DNA of 64,000 bases from Eledone cirrhosa (taxonomy: Eukaryota), in assembly GCA_964016885.1 (NCBI GenBank), contig OZ024740.1:186372001-186436000 (forward strand), read 5' to 3'. Positions 56,917 to 64,000 of this stretch are shown one piece after another (position 1 is the stretch's first letter; every line of letters begins with the position of its first letter). Both the position numbers and the translations under genes were made by a program. Below the pieces are notes generated by a model. That model worked only from the letters and a program-made list of their open reading frames with translations. It was not told the DNA's origin and searched no databases.

Positions 56917-57092
56917 AACTGGAGCAATTTTAAAGGAAGTGCCTTGCTCAATATCAGAACATGCTACATGGTCTAGAAATCGAGCCCACAACCCTATGAT
57001 CAGAGACCATTCACTGGAGTTGATATGTTTGAGTCTTCCTGCCTGCAAAACATCTAGCTTTGTGTACAAGTAAAAAAACATGCATTAAAATA

Positions 57093-57240
57093 TTTTTTTC
57101 TACTTTAGGCACAAGGCCAGCGATTATTCCAGTGTATTACTGGTACTTTATTTTATCGACTCCGTAAGGATGACAAGCAATGTTAACCTCGGCGGGATTT
57201 GAACTCAGAATGACAAGGGCCGTAACTCTATGTGCCAAAG
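57093..57240 (-). mobile_element. 5'-truncated SINE family A with 14-bp TSD
   Basis: TSD CATGCATTAAAATA at 57079-57092 and 57241-57254. Confidence 0.88.
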
Positions 57241-58058
57241 CATGCATTAAAATAGTGAAGGTTAATAAAAGTGTTTTAAGGTGATTTTCCTTGCTAAAGC
57301 AGATTTTACCATGCAAGCCTTATAATTCCTGCTTATCATGTCCTTTTTGCAGTAATGTTTTCGGATGCCAAACTTTTTAGTTACCACTTACAACATTCAA
57401 ATATATAGTGTACACATTCTAAACCAGATATGTATGTACAGATATGTAACACTTGATGGAGTCATAAGGGTGCCATAATGACATACATCATTTTTAGGGA
57501 ATTTAAAACCTGGTGGAGTCCATCTTCTCTCCAGGCTTCATATAAATTAACTTCACAAATGAAAATTGTCAGGGTAGTTAGATAGAGATAAAGAGAGAGA
57601 GAGCGAAGGAGAGAAAGAAAAAATGAGAGAGTGAATAAATGTGAAATATTAATAAATGTTAATAAGCATGTTCAATAATGTATAAGAACATCCAAAGTGT
57701 GTACTATTGACTGTTTTATGAAATATGTCTCTGACACTCCTTACAACTAATCTGTCACTTCAGAGATGATTCAATATTTAGCAATTATAAGTGGAATGGA
57801 GAGAATATATTACTTCACTGCAGTAATAACATTTTATTTTGTATTTTATTCAAGAAATAAACCGTTGTAATTCCTTAGCTTTTCATTATAGTTATACTCA
57901 ATATGATATTAATTTGGTATTGATATGTCAGTTGTGATAAGAGACAATTAACTTTGAAAATACTGTTAGATTTATCATATAGTATTTGGTAGTCTTTAGT
58001 ATTGTTGTCATTATTGTTGTTGTCATTAATATTATTATTACAATAATAATAATAATAA

Positions 58059-59882
58059 TTGTTTCTACTTTTGGCACAAGGCCAGCAATTACCCAGTACA
58101 TAACTGGTACTTTATTTTATCAACCCCGTAAGGATGAAAAGCAAAGTTAACCTCGGCGGGATTTGAACTCAGACCGTAAAGGGACGTAACTATGCTGGAA
58201 AGCATGGCATCCGACTCTCTACTGATACTGCCAATCCACCGCCCTATAATAATAATAATTGTTTCTACTTTTGGCACAAGGCCAGCAACTATCCCAGGGC
58301 ATTACTGGTACTTTATTTTATCGACCCCGTAAGGATGAAAGGCAAAGTTAACCTCGGCGGGATTTGAACTCAGACCGTAAAGGGACGTAACTATGCTGGA
58401 AAGCATGGCGTCCGACTCTCTACTGATACTGCCAATCCACCGCCCTATAATAATAATAATTGTTTCTACTTTTGGCACAAGGCCAGCAACTATCCCAGGG
58501 CATTACTGGTACTTTATTTTATCGACCCCGTAAGGATGAAAGGCAAAGTTAACCTCGGCGAGATTTGAACTCAGACCGTAAAGGGACGTAACTATGCTGC
58601 AAAGCATGGCGTCCGACCCTCTACCGATACTACCAATCCACCGCCCTTATAATAATAATAATAATGATTTCTATTATAGGCACAAGTCCAGCAATTTTTG
58701 GATAGGGGAAAGTAGATTAAATCGACCACAGTGCATTACTGGTGTTTTATTTATCGACCCCGTAAGGATGAAAGGCAAAGCTAACCTCAACGGGATTTGA
58801 ATTCAGAACGTAAAGGGCCGTAACTCAATGTCACAAAGCATGTTGTCCAACACTTTACCAATACTACCAATCCACCACCCTAATAATAATAATAATAATA
58901 ATAATAATTGTTTCTACTTTAGGCACAAGGCCAGCAATTACCCAGTGCATTACTGGTACTTTATTTTATTGACCCCCGTAAGGATGAAAGGCAAAGTCAA
59001 CCTCGGCGGGATTTGAACTCAGATCGTCAAGGGACGTAACTATGCTGGAAAGCATGGCATCCGACCCTTTATTAACCACAAGGTAGACATTAAATAATTG
59101 TTTCTACTTTAGGCACAAGGCCAGCAATTACCCAGTGCATTACTGGTACTTTATTTTATCGACCTCGTAAGGAAGAAAGGCAAAGTTAACCTTGGCGGGA
59201 TTTGAACTCAAATTGTAAAGGGACGTAACTATGCTGGAAAGCATGTCCGACCCTCTACCAATACTGCCAATTCACCACCCTTTGAATAATAATAATAATA
59301 ATTTGAATAATTATAATAATAATTTATTTGAATAAATAATAATAATCTATTTGAATAATAATAATAATAATAATAATGGTTTCTTTATTGGCCACAAGGG
59401 CTAACATGAAGAAAAACATTACAGATGGCACAGAATGGTACAAGATGATACAAATGTATAGAAATGTGTAAAAACAAATTAAAAATTCAAACAAAGATTC
59501 CCCAATAGGGGGGAAACCTCTGAGGGTCACTCGTGGCAAAAACCACACAAAAGACCATAATAATTGTTTCTGATTTTGGCACAAGGCCAGCAATTACTCA
59601 GTGCATTACTGGTACTTTATTTTATTGACCTCGTAAGGATGAAAGGCAAAATTAACTTCGGCGGGATTTGAACTCAGAATGGCAAGGGTTGTAACTCTGC
59701 GTCAAAGCATGGCGTCCGACCCTCTACCGATACTGCCAATCCACCATCCAAGACCATAATAATGATAATAATAATTGTCTTTACTTTTGACACAAAGCCA
59801 GCAATTACCCCAGTGCATTACTGGTGTTTTATTTTATCAACCCAGTAAAAATGAAAGGCAAAGTTAACCTTGGCGGGATTTG
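58059..59882 (-). mobile_element. Cluster of 8 co-oriented SINE family A copies, mostly separated by (TAA)n
   Basis: Copies start near 58059, 58259, 58460, 58668, 58908, 59098, 59564 and 59775. One has TSD AAGACCATAATAAT (59551 and 59750). Confidence 0.9.
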
Positions 59883-60232
59883 AATAATACTGTTGCTGTT
59901 ATTGTTTTGCCGCATCTTATTCTTATTCTTATTGTTAACAATCAAAAACATTCAATGAAAAGCCTAATACATCATTATTTTATATTTCAATGTTGATCTC
60001 AGATGTTTTGCATCAACTAAAACCATTCTTTTTTCACTTCCAAGTGGATCTGTGCCACACTTGAAATTTAATGATTATTTCTACAATTACGTTATATAAA
60101 CAATTTTTATATGTATAACATAATGCACAGGAAATTCAACAAAACACGTACATTTGAATTTGTGTGTGTGTGTGTAGAGAGAGAGAGATGGTTATAGATA
60201 AATAGATTAGGAGACAACTGAGTGTTCACTTA

Positions 60233-60294
<62 letters not shown>

Positions 60295-60964
60295 AGAATA
60301 TACATATTCACACACCCCATATATATAATATGTATTGTATGTATGTGTGTTTACATATATGATTATGTGGTTAAGGAGTTTACTTCGCAAGCACATTGTT
60401 TTCAGTTTAGTCTCACTGCATGGCACCAAAGGTAAATGACTTCTACTAAATGCTTTTTGCAATGGGAAGTAGTATGTGGGAAAATTCAAGCAATGGAGAA
60501 TGTCAGCCTAAAAAGTAAATATTACTGGTTTGTTTTTGCCATAAATATATATTCATTACAATTGGAAAGAACAATGAAAGCATTGTTTCCACAGTCCAAT
60601 TTGACGAGCTCCACCCTACTCGGTAAGTGAGTGAGGTCTGGGATCTTGTCGATCGACTGTCGATATATCTATATATACAGACAGATACATATTTATATAT
60701 GCAGACAGATATATTTATATACTGTAAGTTGTTAGTGATTTAATAAAAAAGCACACAGTCCAACCTGTAAGGTGGTCATGTTTGTGCCATGATGAAAGCA
60801 CCCTGTCTACAATGTAAATGTTGTTGGAATTAGGAAGGCCATCCAGCTATAGAAAGAAGGCCAGAAACAGTTCTTTATGAGCATGACACGGTCACCTGAT
60901 ATGACTTGTCTCACAACGAAACAACTCATTTAACCCTTGCTAGCATGAAAAATAGACATTATGA

Positions 60965-62915
60965 TAATATAATAATGAAATTATTGTGTACAGTGCTCAG
61001 GTGCACTACAACTCATCAAAGGTACATACATAGTGAATAGAATAATATACAAATGTCAGGAAAGTGAACAGTGTATGAGTCATGATATACATGTGTATGG
61101 TGGGGGAATATGAGGAGTAGTGTTGTCAAATTTCAGGAAGTATGGAGGTTTTAAAGGATGCAGTGTCCCAGCAGCTAACAACTGATGCAGGTAGTTTGTT
61201 CCATGCTTCAGCAAATCTGAGCTGTGCTGTTTTCTGACTTTCTAGTCATGCCCACTGGTTTTAGACACAAGGAATTCAAAAAGGTGCTCAGTGATGTTGT
61301 TGGCAAGATGGTTAATAATTTTGTGGATGTTTACCAAGTCAGTTGCCAGATGTTGGAGCTTCAATGTATCCATGCCCAGAAAAGCAGGGCATTCAAGTAT
61401 GTTAGATGCTTGCTGGAAGGTATTCACTAGGTTGCACACATCCCTGAACAGTTTCCAGGACATCAATATTCTGAGCAAGATAGGGGTTACAGACTGGTGT
61501 TGCAAATTCTATGTGTGGCCGCATCATAGCTATATACAGCTTTAAATAGATAGCTGGAGAGTGGCTGACAAAGTTCTTGCTGAGTGATGCCAAGACACCC
61601 TCGGGCTTGACAATTTTAGAGATGTGGTTTGTCCAATGCAAATTGCTGCTGACAGTAATGCCCAGGTAACGTTCACAAGAAGACTTCTTGAGATTAGTGT
61701 TGTGGAGGAAATATGTAGACACTGGGTTTTTACTCCCAAAATGCATGGTGGTACACTTGTCCACAGCCAGCTAGACTTGCTAGTCCATGATCCATTGTGG
61801 CATTGTGTCCAGGTCTGATTGCAGGAAAGATCTATAGTGTTCAGGATCTGTCCTTTTTATCTCAAGGTACAGCTTGATGTCATCTGCATATTTTAGCATT
61901 GTGGCATCCTTTAAGTTGGCATCCATGTCATTAATACAGTTGAGTCCGCTTAAGAGTATACCGTCGGGAATGGAAAATAGTATACTCTTAACCGAACTAT
62001 ACTCTTATCCGGACTAAGTAAAAATATTCCATAGTATTATTATTTTGAGTCTTTCAATGATTAACAATCGCTTTAAAATGCATTTATAAGTAAAAAAATA
62101 AAAGTTACACCAAAAAATTCAACAAGAATTATTGCAAATTATAGATAAATTAAGCAATATTTCAACATTTTTATTTCCTAAAAATAGTCCAAAATGCTTT
62201 TTTGCACTCGATTGCTTGCAATTCTTTTTTCAATCAATTCCTTCGATCTCAGACGAAGTATAATTTTCAAAATTTTCAAACGATTGCATCATATAGGACC
62301 GTACAGTCAACAAAGCATTTATTCCTTCTTTTCCAGAGATCTAAAATATTGATAAATGATTAAAGTTATGTTAGGTACCTATGCACATTCATATTATAAA
62401 TATAAAAATAATACATACTAACCTTTGAGTAATGGATATTTTTTGAGTAATGAATAAAGCAGAGCGTTTCAAAGACATTTTTATGACACAATGAATTATT
62501 ATATTTGTATTTGCATATATTAAACTTTAAATTGCTTTTAGAATGGTTGTATAAATGACATCATCGCATTTCATTTTGAATTGTTTTAAAATGGTTATGT
62601 TACATTATAAGCCCAATTTACTTTACCGTATTCATTATACTCTTATTCGGATAAATTATATAGAAAATATATAAACGGGAATTGATTATGCTATACTCTG
62701 ATGCGAACTATACTCTTATCCGATATACTCTTAAGCGGAGCCATGCACTGTACAAAACATAGTACATAAATTCGGGAATTGATTATGCTATACTCTTATC
62801 CAATATACTTTTAAGCGGACTCAACTGTATATGCAACACACAAAAGGGGACCAAGAACAGATCCCTGCAGTACATTAGATGACATCTCGTAGGGTGAAGA
62901 ATGGTGTCCTAGAAC
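60965..62915 (-). pseudogene. CR1-clade LINE 3' part (RT C-terminus + 3' UTR with (TTA)n), interrupted by a DNA transposon
   Basis: QGSVLGPLLCVAY|INDMD..KYADDIKLY, KCTTMHFG, YLGITVSSNLHW, KLYIAMMRPHIEFA. The frame is restored when 61937-62827 plus one TA is removed. Confidence 0.88.
61937..62827 (-). mobile_element. Non-autonomous pogo/Tigger-type (Tc1/mariner superfamily) DNA transposon
   Basis: TA TSD; TIRs CAGTTGAGTCCGCTTAAGAGTATA / TATACTTTTAAGCGGACTCAACTG; repeated TATACTCTTATCCG subterminal motif; C-terminal remnant VQKSILDYF* at 62178-62207. Confidence 0.88.
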
Positions 62916-63503
62916 CGATGATGATGATGCATATATTTATTTATGCATACATATATATGTATATGGACATGTCATTGCCCCTCTGTCTCCTTTTCATTTT
63001 GATTTTGTTTTCTTTACACTACCTTGTCTTTTAGAAATATAAGTTGATGTAAATAAAGCTAAATTAAAATAAAGAGACACATACAATTAAGAATAATAAT
63101 TGAAAATGTTGCAGAGTATGTTACAAAAGACCATTGACATTTAAATAACCATCTGGTTACTAATCTAACTATGAAGTGAATCAGTAACCTAACTAATGAT
63201 TTGAACAGCAATTTTGAGGGAAGGGGATTACATTAAGCTAGTCCTTGTTTAGGAGTATATTTTATTGGCCTTGGAAGAATGAAATTTGATGTCAGAATGC
63301 AAAGAGCCAAGAAAAATATTTCAACACATTTCTTCTGCCACTTTAACAATGTTGCCAGTCCAGCACTATTACCTGATTAATATTAAAACTGGAGTGAAAC
63401 TCAATGGGGTTATGTGTTTTTATTGCCCGCCTGACCCTCCAAAAGTATAACTACTCACATATACACATGCACACGCATGCACGCACGCACGCACGCACGC
63501 ACG

Positions 63504-63562
<59 letters not shown>

Positions 63563-64000
63563 CATATATCATATATTTCATATATATGAAGCCAATCTCA
63601 TAGACTTTTACAAAGCACTGAGGGAATAAAGTTAATATAAAGAATGAAGTGCGCATGTGCTAGTGTATGAAATGCTATAAATTTCCTTATAAAATAGGAT
63701 AAAGACCCTTAAAGTTGCCATCAGCTACCATGAGGGAGATATGGGGTTTTATTCCTTTGTTATAGCATCTCCATGCATGAGCACTGCATTTTTTATATTA
63801 TCTTTATCCCCTCAGCACTTTGCAAAAGTCTGAGTGATCAGCTTCATACATATATATATATGTGTGTGGGGGGCGGGGGTGTATGTGTGTGCGTGTATGT
63901 ATATATATCAGAAAACCAGTTAATATTTGTCTTTCTTATACATCCTTATGTAGCAAAAGTGACAATTACTCTACATTTTCCTTTCTGTCTGTCTCTCTAT

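Noticed and set aside
58059-58650. Regularly spaced ~200-bp repeats as a CRISPR-like or satellite array
   Set aside because: The units are whole SINE copies with (TAA)n linkers; no unique spacers and no cas genes.

Overview
AT-rich, repeat-saturated metazoan DNA. The SINE families, RTE/CR1/Dong LINEs and very long (TA)n/(TACA)n arrays are most consistent with an octopus or other coleoid cephalopod (inference). I found no host protein-coding gene; nearly all long ORFs in the track are microsatellite artefacts. Recognisable content: several Penelope-like element (PLE) remnants, including a Naiad-type RT + GIY-YIG fragment at 9.0-10.5 kb; R4/Dong-like LINE 3' ends in (TACA)n and (TAA)n; an RTE LINE with a PHD finger; a CR1 LINE split by a pogo-type DNA transposon; a full-length decayed hAT element with an 8-bp TSD; MITEs; and more than 25 tRNA-derived SINE copies. 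The standout signal is non-coding: eight type-I minimal hammerhead ribozyme (HHR) motifs with intact CUGAnGA/GAAA cores from about four sequence families, two of them with damaged stems and one carrying an insert. One family lies in an ORF-less, hairpin-rich 466-bp unit present as a partial tandem plus an inverted copy inside (TA)n, directly upstream of a PLE RT/endonuclease. This is a candidate retrozyme-like (self-cleaving, possibly circular-RNA) non-autonomous element. All pairings and alignments were made by eye; no database searches were run.
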